Of a stretch of DNA of 64,000 nucleotides, positions 27,731-41,014 are shown piece after piece. Source of the stretch: Octopus vulgaris (taxonomy: Eukaryota). The position numbers were made by a program, and so were the translations under genes. The notes beneath the pieces were generated by a model, which was not told the origin of the DNA, ran no database searches, and worked only from the letters and a program-made list of their open reading frames with translations. Numbering within the stretch: the stretch's first letter is position 1; every line of letters begins with the position of its first letter. Where the stretch lies: NCBI GenBank assembly GCA_951406725.2, contig OX597820.1, positions 49,910,001 to 49,974,000 on the forward strand, written 5' to 3'.

Positions 27731-27732
<2 letters not shown>
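26987..27732. mobile_element. Fold-back element with ~320-bp near-perfect arms and an HHR-like motif in each arm, inside (TA)n
   Basis: Arms at 27062-27380 and 27389-27731 with an 8-nt loop gtgactaa. About 3-4 substitutions plus one indel in an AT tract. An unpaired ~75-nt extension lies on the left. (TA)n on both sides. Confidence 0.85.
27648..27706 (+). ncRNA. Hammerhead-like motif with CCGAAGA core (mirror copy at ~27087-27145, minus)
   Basis: ataa-CCGAAGA-gatg...catct-GAAA-ctcagag-TT-ttat; helix I ataa/ttat. Confidence 0.55.
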
Positions 27733-27773
<41 letters not shown>

Positions 27774-27968
27774 GAAATGAAGAAAATGCTGACAAATAAT
27801 TGAAGTAATTTAAGTAATTTAATTAGGTGAAAGTTCTTTTTACCGGTTGCGCATTTGTTATGTATGTATATATACATACATACATATATGCACACATACA
27901 TACATACATACATACATACATACATACATACATACATACATACATACATTATATATATATATAACATA

Positions 27969-28132
27969 CAGTGTACATTTAAACACATTTAAACAAGAGA
28001 TGGTAAATGTTTTTTTTATTTCCCGTTCCCTTCGAGAATTTATCCCTAATTAGTGGTACGGACTTTAGCTGTTGTTTCTAGCGTAAAGGTTTCCTGTGAT
28101 GGAAACCTCTTAATGTGTTTAAATGTACACTG
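27969..28132. mobile_element. Tc1/mariner-type MITE (164 bp)
   Basis: Perfect 21-bp TIR cagtgtacatttaaacacatt with TA on both flanks. Confidence 0.7.
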
Positions 28133-28248
28133 TATTAATTATGAATAATATATAGCCTATTGACTAAATTTTTGCTATACGCTAGGCCACTGGTAGCAAA
28201 AAATTCTAAAATCTTTATTACCCCGATATTACCCCGATATACACACAC

Positions 28249-28348
<100 letters not shown>

Positions 28349-28599
28349 TTCATGTTTCAGTCATTAGACTGTGGCCATGCTGGCGCAGATATATATTCCA
28401 TGTATATTCATTGCAAATTTTGGCCCAAGGCCACCAATTTCTGGGGAGGCATAAGTCGATTACATCGACTCCAAAATAATAAAAGATAAAGTCAACATCG
28501 GTGATATTTTAGAACTCGGAACGGAAGGAGGGACGAAATTTTGCACAAGCTAGCAATTCCGGGGGAATGGCTTTTTGTCGATTAAATTGACTCCAGTGT

Positions 28600-28720
28600 T
28601 CAATCCGAAAGGAGGAAAGCAAAGTCGACCGCGGCAGAATTTGAACTCGGAACGTAAAGATGAATGAAATGCCGCTAGGTATTTTGCTCGGTGTGTTAAC
28701 GATTCTGCCCGCTTGCCACC
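28600..28720 (-). mobile_element. SINE family A fragment (another fragment at ~28420-28530)
   Basis: aaagtcgaccgcggcagaatttgaactc..gttaacgattctgcccgcttgccacct. Confidence 0.7.
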
Positions 28721-29569
28721 TTTGCATGTATATATATTAATGTGTACTCTCAGTGCTAAGCGTTTTGCCCATCTTACTTACGATTCTGTAAGCTCGCCGT
28801 CTTTGGCCACCTTAACAAATAATACATGTATATTGATAGAATTTATCACATAACGATTACCTGAAATATATAAAGTGTATATGTGTGCGTTTGTACGTGC
28901 ATGGGCGCATATGTAAGTTTATATGGATGCATAAAAATGCAAAAATAGTTAGACAGGAGAGGTAGATGATAAAGTTTGTGAAGTACCTATGTCATTCGGA
29001 GTAGTACATTTAATGTTACAGTTAGGCGTCCCCCAGAGAACTAGATAGGTTCTTGGTTTTTATTTATTTATTTATTTGGTTGTTTCTTGATAAGACTATG
29101 GACAAAGTAAAAATGTCAGGTAATGGTAAATATTTATTTGTTGTGTACGTGTGAGAGTAAAAATATTCAAAAGAGAAAGATGATTCAACAAATAACGCTT
29201 GATAAAATATGTACAGCGCTGATTGATAATAGCACTGATAGAAATGATTACCCGACTAATTGATAGAAAGTTTTGTAGAATTTTGGCAGCATTTCAGAAT
29301 ATATAACAAGAGAGTAGCAGAAGGTTACAGCTGTTGAGGTATAGAAGTAGAAATAAATCAGAACAAACAATATATAAGTACAGACACATTGAATTCTTAC
29401 GATTAAAATATTTAACATTATTGATATTACGGGTTAAAAAATAGCCCTTCAAGTTCCTTTAGAGAAAGAGAAAGCAATTCTAATTTCATTGCTTTTCTAT
29501 ACACACGGGCACACATACACACACACGCACACACAGTCTCTTAAAACACTAAGCTTAAAGCTCAGCACT

Positions 29570-29802
29570 CTTTACTCTTTTTACTCTTTTACTTGTTTCA
29601 GTCATTTGACAGTGGCCATGCTGGAGCACCGCCTTTAGTCGAGCAAATCGACTCCAGGACTTATTCTTTGTAAGCCTAGTACTTATTCTATCAGTCTCTT
29701 TTGCCGAACCACTAAGTTACAGGGACGTAAACACACCAGCATCAGTTGTCAAGCGATTTTAGTGGGACAAACACAAACACACAACATATACACACTCATA
29801 CA

Positions 29803-29863
<61 letters not shown>

Positions 29864-30246
29864 TCTTTTATTCTTTTATTCTTTTACTTGTTTCAGTCAT
29901 TTTGACTGTGGCCATGCTGGAGCACCGCCTTTAGGCACAAGGCCCAAAATTTTGGGGAAGGGGGCCAGTCGATTAGATCGCTCCCAGTACGCAACTTGTA
30001 CTTAATTTATCGACCCCGAAAAGATGAAAGGTAAAGTTGACCTCAGCTGAATTTGAACTCAGAGCATAAGGACAATATATATACGATGGGCTTCTTTCGG
30101 TTTCCGTCTATCAAATCCACTCATAAGGCTTTGGTCGGCACGAGCCTATAGTAGAAGACACTTGCCCAAGGTGCCATGCAGTGGGACTGAACCCGGAGCA
30201 ATGTGGTTCGTAAGCAAGCTACTTACCACACAGCCACTCCTACGCC
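29570..30246 (-). mobile_element. SINE family B (tRNA/CORE-like) with nested family A/B chimera
   Basis: B 3' half at 29570-29775, B 5' half at 30084-30246. A second B tail (29864-29932) fused to a family A body (29933-30075) sits in the internal microsatellite. Confidence 0.8.
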
Positions 30247-31417
30247 TTGCAATAAAATTTTACTTAGTTGTGAGTTTATGAGAGAAAGAGCAGCCAATAT
30301 GACAGGCGACCTTTACGTTGCGAGAGCGCATGAAAAAAGCAAGAAAATTCACCACTAGAATGCCTAACAAATTTCCCTAAATTTAGGCCCCTGTACATGT
30401 ACGTGCTCCACGCGTTCGAAAGAAAAATTGAAAAAGCGTCTTTTTCCTGTAAAATATGTGTGGGGAAAATAAAAGAACCGGGTTAATTACAATCAGCTGG
30501 AAATCGTTTTAACGTTCCAATGAGGAAATATTTTCTAACAGTATCATAAGTGATAAAGCTATATTGAAACAACAGCCATTGCTGGTAGCGACAGGAGCGT
30601 TACTGCAACTCCGATAAGCATATCAATATCACTTTGGATATTAAAGCAACGTTGGCCATTTTTACTTCTTCGATAAGAAGTCCGTCATTCATCGCATGTA
30701 TGATATATATGGTGAGACACTCAAGATTTGCATGGATTTTGTGAGATGTTTAACGGGGAGAGTGCGAAGTAAGCAGCCAGAGGCAGGGAAAATAAAAACT
30801 TCTATAGAGCAGCAGGACAACGTAACTGCACTACAGCCATTCATTATTTATAGCTTTTGCCAATGTGTGACGCAGTTCATACGTTACCTATCCGGTTTTC
30901 TGGAAATTGATACAGTAAGCATTTTGGATCTCAAATTTCAAAGATCTATTCTGTAGAGCCTTGGTTTCTGGCAAGAAAAAACTGCTACGAGAAATCAGAA
31001 GTATAACTGAAAAAATATAACAAAAGAAGTACACAAATTGGAAAAAGCGTGACGACAGTGCGTCAAATGTGTTTGTTTGGTGGGGTGGGATGTGAAGTAT
31101 TTTGAAAGGAATACCCCAGGAGAAATTGTAAGATCAGCAAAAATTTTTAAATTTCCATATTACATTATACATCATTGTACACACGCACATACAACATCAC
31201 TCACACACGCATACATACACACACAACACACGCACACACATACGTCTTATTCGGTAGTGTTGTATACACTCTGTCTCCATAACAATAAAGACGGATATTT
31301 CTATGAAATCAGTGAAAATACCTATCAGGCCCTGGTGCAATATTAGTCGAAACGATCGTAGTGCTTCTGAATAAAAGATCTTGTGATTTTCCTTTCTTCC
31401 CTCTTTCTCTCTCTCTG

Positions 31418-31474
<57 letters not shown>

Positions 31475-32134
31475 GATAGAGATAAATAGATAGATAAATA
31501 GATAAATACACACAGCCAAATAAACGAGAAGTTGTATATATACACATATGCATATCTGTGTGTACTCATAGAGACCAACAGATATATTATACCTGAACAG
31601 AAGTATATAAAGTATTCGTACGTCAGTAGACAGAACTATAAACTTCGGATATAAATGTCAACTAGTCTATTTGTTAATCACTGGCATCATAATTATTTCA
31701 GATAGTGATGATATTGTTAATGATGTTCAGAACGACTATGGCTCTGAGTAGGATGATATTTGTTCATAATGTGGACGGTGTGAGGTCAGTGGTGATGGTA
31801 GTGCTATAAGACACAATGATGATGATGATGATGTTGATGATCTTAATTGTCTATTTAGTGTTTATTACGAGATTGAAGGATAATTGTCTCATTAATCTAG
31901 TAATTTTCTCATTAATCTCCCATTGCATGTGTGTGTATTCGCCTATACGTATATACGTACATGTATGTGTGTGTGTATCATGGCTGGATTTTGAGTAGTT
32001 TGATTCTAAACCACACGCTTCTCGGCTCAATCACACTACATGGGATTCAGAGCAAGCGTCTTCCAGTATAACCCCGAGCCAACTAGACTTGTGAGTGTAT
32101 TTGGTAAATGGGACCTGGAAAAAGACCGTCACGT

Positions 32135-32169
<35 letters not shown>

Positions 32170-32191
32170 TATATACACACACACATATATT

Positions 32192-32398
32192 GTTTTATTC
32201 TTTTACTTGTTTCAGTCATTTGACTGCAGCCATGCTGGAGTACCGTCTTAAACAGTATTAGTCGAAGAAAACGATCCCAGAACTTATTCTTTGTAAGCCT
32301 AGTGCTTTCGGTCTCTTTTGCCGAACCGCTAAATACAGGGACATAAATCAACAGGGTTCGATTGTCAAGCGATGGTAGGGGAGAAAAACACAGCCACA

Positions 32399-32439
<41 letters not shown>

Positions 32440-32580
32440 GTATATAATACGACGGGCTTCTTCCAGTTTCCGTCTGTCAAATTCATTCAAAAGCCTTTGG
32501 TCTGCCTGAAGCTATTGCCTAAGTTGCCACGGAGTGGAACTGAATCCGTAACAATGTGGTTGGGAAGCAAGCTTCTTACC
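32192..32580 (-). mobile_element. SINE family B
   Basis: ttttacttgtttcagtcatttgactgcagccatgctggag...(CA)n...gacgggcttcttccagtttccgtc...aagcaagcttcttacc. Confidence 0.8.
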
Positions 32581-32865
32581 ATGGGTCAATGTGCATGGTT
32601 TCGTCCCCATCCACTGTTTGACAGCCGGTATTGGTTTGTTTACTACCATACTACCACGTAAATTACCTGTTCGTCAAAAAAGAATCAGACTTTAAAAAAA
32701 TCACCGGGTTCCATTTGTTCGACGAAACGTTTTATGGCGATGCCGAAGCACGGCCGTAAAGATATGTATATATTTATATGTATGTATACACACACCCACA
32801 TGCACATATATGCATGCATATACAAACATATACATTGACATATATATATAAACTACAAGGTATCA

Positions 32866-33025
32866 TTATGTCTGGGGAGAGTCATTCTTTTAGTGATTTA
32901 TTAATTTAACACACACACTGGTCCGATTCGCACTCATTTACTTATATATTTTTACTAAAATTTTCGTTGCGTCTTGCAACCTTTTCAATAATCGTTGAAT
33001 CTGTCCGCTATCGGAACTGCGTTCT
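32866..33025 (-). repeat. HHR-containing dispersed repeat (second copy at ~34067-34220)
   Basis: Both copies share cactcatttactta..ctaaaat..ttcgttgc.tcttgcaacct.ttcaata..tctgtccg. The minus strand reads ta-TTGAA(A/G)A-ggttgcaaga(c/a)gcaac-GAA(A/C)-attt-tag. Confidence 0.65.
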
Positions 33026-33191
33026 TTTCTCTCCCATACACAATATACTTCACAAATATGCTTCAACACACGAATTCACATAAAGAGTCTTGCAAACTAA
33101 ATAAAACAACGGAACACACACACACATACACACACATATATAGTACCTCATTATACATACTTATACATATTTATACATACATATATGTATG

Positions 33192-33287
<96 letters not shown>

Positions 33288-33777
33288 CTATGAATGTATA
33301 TATATGCACGTATGTTGGTGAATTTCTAAAGAGTTTATATATATATATATATATATATAGACATACATACGCATACATATAGGTACACACCTATACTCAT
33401 ATATTGGCTTTTCCGTTTGTTCATCTGCTGTCGATAAAATATTTGAAGTTAGTGCTTGGCACCATGCCAATAATTGTCTAGCACTGCTATGATCAAAATA
33501 GTTCTCAATGAAATTATTTATTCGTTTAAGAATGCATACTATAGCTACAACGATTATTTATCAATGTGCCCTTATTTAAAAATGATGGCAGCTTCTTTGG
33601 TGGAGATAGTTAAGCCACTATTTTTAACTCATGATCCGGCCACACAGTTCTTATTCATTCGTGAATATCTATAAAACAGCTATGATTTTTCTGTGTAAAT
33701 TCTATCGTAGTTTTAGCAGAAAAATACGGAAATGTATGTATGTATTTATATAGATAATGTATATGTGTATATACATT

Positions 33778-33822
<45 letters not shown>

Positions 33823-33835
33823 TTATCTATATATT

Positions 33836-34049
33836 CTTTTCTACTCTTGGCCCAAGGCCCGAAATTTTGGAGGAAGGGGACCAGTTGATTAGATTGGCCC
33901 CAGTACGTAACTGGTACTTAATTTATCGACCCCAAAAGATGAAAGGCAAAGTCGATCTCAGCGGAATTTGAACTCAGAACGTTAAGACAAACAAAATACT
34001 GCAAAGCATTTCGCCCGGCGTGCTAACGTTTCTGCCGGCTCACTGCCTT
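33836..34049 (-). mobile_element. SINE family A, full length
   Basis: Reverse complement of 11622-11840. Confidence 0.85.
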
Positions 34050-34288
34050 ATCTATTTATATATTATTGTGTGTAAGGAGGGTCGTTCCGTTTTAATGCCT
34101 TATTCATTAACATACCGGTTCGAGTTCCACTCATTTACTTACTTATTTTTCTAAAATGTTCGTTGCTTCTTGCAACCTCTTCAATAGTCATTGACTCTGT
34201 CCGTTATCAAAGCTGCGTTCGTTTTGTTTGTTTATTTGTTTGTTTGTGTTCATGTATGTGCGTCGGTGTGCTTGTGTAAGCATATATG

Positions 34289-34322
<34 letters not shown>

Positions 34323-34559
34323 TGTATGTATGTATGTATGTATGTATGTATGTATGTATGTATGTATGTATGCGTATGTGTGTATGCATATATATATATA
34401 TATATATGTATGTATATGTGTGTGTGTACTTTTGCATGTATACATTCTGCATAGTCATGTGTTTGTGTGTCCATCTTTGTGCGTTTGTATGTGTCTCTTT
34501 ATGTGTAAGTGGGTTTGTGTGACTATATATATATATGTGTGTGTGTATGTGTATATACG

Positions 34560-34628
<69 letters not shown>

Positions 34629-35123
34629 TCGTGGTGCTATTGTTATCAGTGACTAGGGGCAACGCCAGGGTTCATTGCTAGTCTGTGTGTGTGTGTGCGT
34701 ATATATGTTTCTATGTCTGTCTGTCTGTATGGATGTATGTATGTATGTATGTATGTATGTATGTTTGTATGTATGTATGAATCACATTGGCATTTGAATT
34801 TTGCATCAAGGAGAAAGTCAACGGCTGTGTGACTTTACTGAAATTCGATATTTTTAAATTCTAGACAGAAAATCTAACGAATATTGAAAATATAGGAAAC
34901 ACTATAGATGTTGAAAAATGTTACTGATAAAAAAAATCAATCATGTAGAGTAATTATGTAAATAAATACAGTATTTTGAAAAAGAAAAAACCAACAAAGA
35001 GCTTCCAAGACAAAAATTGAAACAGTACCGTTTTATATTTGTTTCTGTATTTGTTAATGTTTTATGCATTTTTATGAAATTAAGAGTATTTGTGAGTTTA
35101 TGTACAAGAGACACTAACTCATA

Positions 35124-35999
35124 TCTCTAGTACATATCAGGGAAATTCCGTCTGTGGGTGTGCTTGTGGAGTTGTTAGCTCACTCATCCTACATCGTTTT
35201 ATCGATTTTTATGAAACTTGACACGTGCATAGAACTCATGTCTGGAAAGCTCATGGCATATTCAGATTGTTGAAAAAATTGATTATAGGGCCCCTGGAAG
35301 GGATCCTTATATATATCTAATATATTTTATTTAAAAACCAAGGGAAATAACCCAGTCGACCCTTGGCGGGATCTTTATAGATAGCCAAGGGAAATAACCC
35401 GTTCATTTTCCTAAATTATTTTGTAAAAATGAAATTGAGTTTGCTTATTTCTCAATATTTGAACTGTTGGAGTTATTTTCACAATTCATCCAGTACAACT
35501 CTTAAACAAGTAAATAGTATTTTCCTAAGCAATAGATCCACTTATTTCGGTTAGTGATTTATTCACGAATGTACCAACATTAACGCCCCTGAATGTAATA
35601 TTTTCTGGGAACGCACAATAGCCCATTTGCAGAGTTATATATTTTGAATTGTCATTATCTCATATCTGATTAGTCTGTTACTACGTAACAGGGAGCGAAT
35701 TAAAGCCTTTTAGGGAACGAATTAAAGCCTTTATGGGCTACTTTATTTGGATTCTTACTAGCGGGAACTAAATTTATGTTATTACATAACTGACTTCACA
35801 ATTTGGGTATTCATAACTTATTGGGAATTCCTAAAAAGAAGATCCTGCGAAAGACAGTTCAGTATTCTCTGTAAATGCACAAAACCATTTTAAGGGCTAC
35901 ATACTTTGTATTGTTGTTATTGGATTAGCGAAACAATTATGAGAACGGTACCAAGGGATAAGCCTCGCTTCCCCGAGAATTACCGGGTACGTCAGCTAG
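35124..35999 (+). mobile_element. Non-autonomous Helitron-like element
   Basis: 5' A|TC start, then gtctgtgggtgtg and atcgatttttatgaaacttg. The 3' hairpin cccg..cggg precedes CTAG|T. Short internal repeats ccaagggaaataaccc x2 and cgaattaaagccttt x2. Confidence 0.75.
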
Positions 36000-36560
36000 T
36001 AAACATATATATACACGTGCATATCTATCTATATATCTATCTACACACACACGCGCGCGCAGAGAAACACTAACACACACACAGAGAAACACTCACACGC
36101 ACACATATACACACATATGTATGTATGTGACGTTTGAAACAGATCTCCTTCAGAAAAAGAGAGAAGTGTCCAGAGAGGACGAGAATAGTCCGAGAAAATC
36201 ATACTTGTGGGTACATGGCTGTTATTGTTGATGCGTATAGTACAAAGAGTTCTTCTTCTTCCCTTAGCAGAAGGAAGGCAGATGTTTCCCTGCTTGATGG
36301 TTGTGGTAAAAAAGACTGTATGGTTGACCCATCTGAACGGTTTGAAATCGATTCTCTCTAGAGGCCTTCATGTATCAAGAGAGTCACATCTCTATCATCC
36401 TCCCCGCCACTTTTTTTAAAGCCTTCCTATGCTATGCACATGTCCCTTCTTTTTCAGTGTATACCTTGTGTACTTTCTTTCTTTCATTTTTTATCATTTC
36501 AATATATGTAAATTCCCACACTTTATATCGGTCTTTGGATTGTCTCCCTCATATAAATGT

Positions 36561-36565
36561 AATCA

Positions 36566-36645
<80 letters not shown>

Positions 36646-36664
36646 GTTATCATTATCATCATCA

Positions 36665-36695
<31 letters not shown>

Positions 36696-36715
36696 CATTA
36701 TCATCATCATCATCA

Positions 36716-36792
<77 letters not shown>

Positions 36793-36907
36793 GTTGTTGT
36801 TGTTGTTGTTATCATTATTATCATTATTATTATTATTATTATTATTATTGTTATCATTATTATCATTATCATTATTATTATTATTGTTATTATTATCATT
36901 ATTATTG
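36561..36907. repeat. Long (ATT/ATC/GTT)n trinucleotide array
   Basis: Seen directly. Confidence 0.95.
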
Positions 36908-37381
36908 AGTGACAGAACAGTGCATGCTATCAAAATGACACTGGGGTAAAATATACGAAGCCCAGTATACCCATCATGACAACCTCTGTGATAATGGTAC
37001 AAGTGGCACATGCATCACAACCATACCTGCGTGACATGGTGATCTCATATCATGATTAACAGCGCATGACCTTGCAGGTGGGGCCCAGTTAGAATTTTTT
37101 TCAGGTCGAGTGGCCCATCTCGCTTAAAATGTCCCTGAATAAGGATGTTGAACGAACCACCCATGTTCCCAAAGGTCAATTATCCAAGCCTCAAAGAATA
37201 TATGACATTAATTTGATGTGGATGGGTAAGATCAAATTATTCAATCACAACATATATTCGAATTGAACATGAATAAAATTGAAATATTATCATCTGTATT
37301 TTATAAGTTAAAATCTTAACTTATTAATTGACGCATTATTAATTATCTTATAATAGCAATGCCTGGAAAAATCATGGATTA

Positions 37382-37822
37382 CATGGGAAAATGCGAGCAT
37401 GAAAAGAAATATTCTTAAGTTTATAATCCTAGAAAAGTACAGGACAAGTTATTACACCCGGAAAAGCATAGAACAAGCTATTACTTCTAGTAAAGAATAA
37501 GAAACTTTTAACTTAAAAATATTGCAGCTGAAATTAAAATTTGAATATGAAAAATTATTTTATTATAGTTAACAAATAATACTATACTTATTTAAGTAGA
37601 ATTTGGCTAACTTACTACCTTAAATACAGAAAAAGTGACTAATTTGACAAACTTACAAAGAATACTGGCATTCTTTGCTGCAATATTTTAAGTAAAATGT
37701 TTCCTATTCTTTACTAGAAGTAATAGCTTGTCCTATACTTTTCCAGGTGTAATAACTTGTCCTGTACTTTTCCAGGTTTATAATCTTAAGTATATTACAT
37801 TTCATGCTCGCATTTTCCCATG
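37382..37822. mobile_element. MITE with ~145-bp TIRs and TA flanks
   Basis: ta|catgggaaaatgcgagcatgaaa... and ...tttcatgctcgcattttcccatg|ta; arms at ~37382-37528 and ~37677-37822. Confidence 0.8.
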
Positions 37823-37867
37823 TAAAATATATGTATAAGCGTAGATACATATACGCATAAATATATA

Positions 37868-38242
37868 TGCTTTCGGTGCGAATGGTGGTGTTATACGGTG
37901 CCGGGTTTTACAATCCTGTAAATAATAATAATATAAATATAAACCTAATGCTTATAGCGATCACCATGCAAAGACTAAGAAAATAGTCTAATAATGGGGC
38001 ATATAAACCCCTCGACAGAAAATATTTAGGCTATCCTATCCGCGTGGTACTCGAACCCACATCTCTTTGTTAACACGACTAAGTGTATTACCATTACACC
38101 AGCGAATTAGCCTCCCTGCTTCTATCAAATTTAAGAACTATCTAAGTTCGTAGTTGTTTTTGTAAACAAACTTTCTATGTGCTTTCGGTGCGAATGGCTT
38201 TGTTATAGGGTGCCGTGTTCTACAATCCTGCAAATAATGATA
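37868..38242 (-). mobile_element. tRNA-like segment between ~62-bp direct repeats
   Basis: tgctttcggtgcgaatgg..tacaatcctg.aaataat occurs at 37868 and 38180. Between them, 38040-38107 (minus) has A-box-like tggtgtaatgg and B-box-like ggttcgagtacc. Confidence 0.6.
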
Positions 38243-38429
38243 ATGATATTTATATGAGACTAATTAGTTAGGTCATCAAAGCACACCGTCTATTTAGAAC
38301 TGATATCAGCAATGCTCTTTAGGTTGGCTTATTTGTCTTACATTATAACATGTGTTGATGAACATTATATATCATGAGGTGATAAAGAAAAAGAACCGCG
38401 ACCCTACAAAAAAAAATAAATAAATAAGA

Positions 38430-39250
38430 AAGGAAACGGATTTTGTACTGAAAATCTTGCGACTGCCGTGGACATAACTAGTTGCTGCAATTCCCGAGTT
38501 TTCATTCTCCAGCATTGTTTTTACTGGTTTGGAATAATCTTCTGGACAATAGGCTTCTGCATTCTTGTTACAGTTAACTTTGCTAACCGGTTATTGATAA
38601 TTTTGTAAGGTTACGAAGAACTTTTTGTTTCATCAATTAATTGTTGGATTTATCAGTATCATAAAACCAATCTTTATACTTTTGTCTCTATATCAAAATG
38701 ATTTCTTTTAACGAAGTGATACTGGTATTTGTCAATTGATTGGATTATATTCCGAATAGTAAAATTTGTTGAGGCAGTTTCTTGAAAATATTTTATGAAA
38801 GTTGTATAAATGGTTAATGTTTTGAATGATGTTAATACTCAATTTCTTGATAGTGTTCTGCCTTTAAAGCTACTTTCAAAACCAAATTTTCGTTCTCATG
38901 ATGGAAGAGATGAAATAATTGTCTATAGAACCCACGTTGGCGTAGGAAACAAATCTTCTGTTCAATACATCATCCTGGTCCTATAATCTTACTATGATAT
39001 ATTCGATGAAGTGCCAGGAATCGGAGCATCGATACTGACAAGTTGTCGGGTTTATTAATAATTATTTTGGTTTGGTTGGGTAGAGGAAATGAGAAACTTG
39101 AGCATTTTTAAGTAGCACATTACTTGAGATGTCGTAATCCATTTATATTAGCCTTGCCAACGCCTTCTTTCCTAATACAGTTCAAATATATAGTTTTCCC
39201 CCAAAATCTAGCTTTGGAATCACGTAGAAAATGATCTTGTTGGAAAAAAA
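38430..39250 (-). pseudogene. Decayed RTE-clade LINE (AP endonuclease end + linker); may extend to ~39850
   Basis: Minus-strand fragments IRKEGVGKANINGL, RCSDSWHFIEYIIVR (cf. HPRSKHWHLIDYVIVR) and KYKDWFYDTD..QQLIDE (cf. HQDWFDEND..I..LL.EK). Confidence 0.7.
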
Positions 39251-40350
39251 ATAAAGAAAGGCGGTGTCAAGCTGAGTGTGGAAGATCATCTTTAATTCAC
39301 CTTGACCATGCAGAGGGTTACTACAGAAACCGACGATATAAGAATGTTGATTTTTGACGAACTGGTTCGACAGTGTTCATAGGATTTTAGTAAAATCAAA
39401 TTGTTCTGCTAACTTTGAAATAGTCTGGTTCTCATAACAAACATTACTTGAGGGATGCTCTTTATTCAAGACAAAACTCATTCAGATGAAAAGATGTATT
39501 GACATTGCGTTTCCTTTAATTACCTTTATTTCTTTCAATGTATCTTATTCAGAGAAATGAGGTCGAAGTTGAATTAGCAATAAAAACAGTTTTTCACTAT
39601 TGTTTTTCTTACTATGGGGTCAACCATCAGAGTCGAAATATTTCAATTTTAAAGCTTCTTTGCAACTGGAGGGTTTTCAACAATCTTATTGTGGTTCCTT
39701 CAGCTACAGTTTTCCAGAGTGGATAGGACGAAGCAAGTTCCTTTTGAGTGATATTTCTTGCACGTCAGTCATGTAAAAATTTGAATAATATTGCAGAGTA
39801 GATTTTTTAAAAACTGTTCCAAAGGTTAGGATATCGAATCAAGTGTCCACTATTCTCGTGTGATCTTAATCAGGAATTCTTAACCACCACTTGCCTACTC
39901 CAGACACTGGAAGAATTCCAAAGATTGTTTTGGTCTGCGTATCTACGATGCTAGCAAGGTCGTTCGCTAAAAAGACACTCTAAAATGTACAAAATAACTC
40001 ACAACTCAGCCAGCTAAATTCAATGGCAAAGTGAACTACACTAATTCATCTGAGGGTTATCTTGTAGCATTAATTCACATTCGTAACCGTCGACTTAAAG
40101 TTAACCTCGATCTTCAAAATACTTGTTGAGGTCGACTCGATTTTATATTGGTTTAGACATCGTTTGGCGTTTTCGACGCTCATCCTCAAACAATTCACCA
40201 CGGTTAAACATACAAGAAATTAATCTTTCTCATAATCTCATTGTTGAATTCTTGAAGTAGGAGAAGTCCTCCCCCACAAGGTAGATGACTAACGAAAATC
40301 CATACATACGTACATACGTACACACATATATACGTACAACATGCATAAAT

Positions 40351-40493
<143 letters not shown>

Positions 40494-41014
40494 TATTTAG
40501 AGAGAGAAGTAGATAGAGTATGAGAGAAAGAATGAGAGAGAGAAAGAGTAAGAGTGTGAGAGAAAGACTGATATAGATATATAAATACATTCATATTCAT
40601 ATGTATTTTTACTTATAGGTTTATGGTGTATCGTGTTTCTGTTCTAAAGTAACCAAAGTAATATTGAAATGGAAAAATTATCCTGCATGCGTTGAATCAC
40701 CATTGAAGTCTATTAAGAAGAATAAAAACAAAAATGATAACCAACATCTATATTTATATAATGCCAAAAAGTAGTGAATTTTAATACACTCTTACTGATA
40801 GTAGTGGTGGTGGTGATTATTATTATTATTATTATAATCTACAGATGGATAAATATTTATCAATCCATCTTTCTAATTCTCTCCACCCCTCTCTCTTTTT
40901 CTCTCGTTATCTCTCTCTCTCTCTCTCCCTATATAAATATTTATGCACATATACTGATATATAATATATATGAAAATGTAGATATATATGTATATATATA
41001 TATATATATATCAA

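Noticed and set aside
36908-37200. Possible LINE 3' UTR adjoining the (ATT)n array
   Set aside because: Position is suggestive, but there is no second copy or coding motif in the window to support a call.
38040-38107. Functional tRNA gene
   Set aside because: A/B boxes are present, but the acceptor and anticodon stems pair poorly and it sits inside a repeat unit. The SINE heads were excluded for the same reason.
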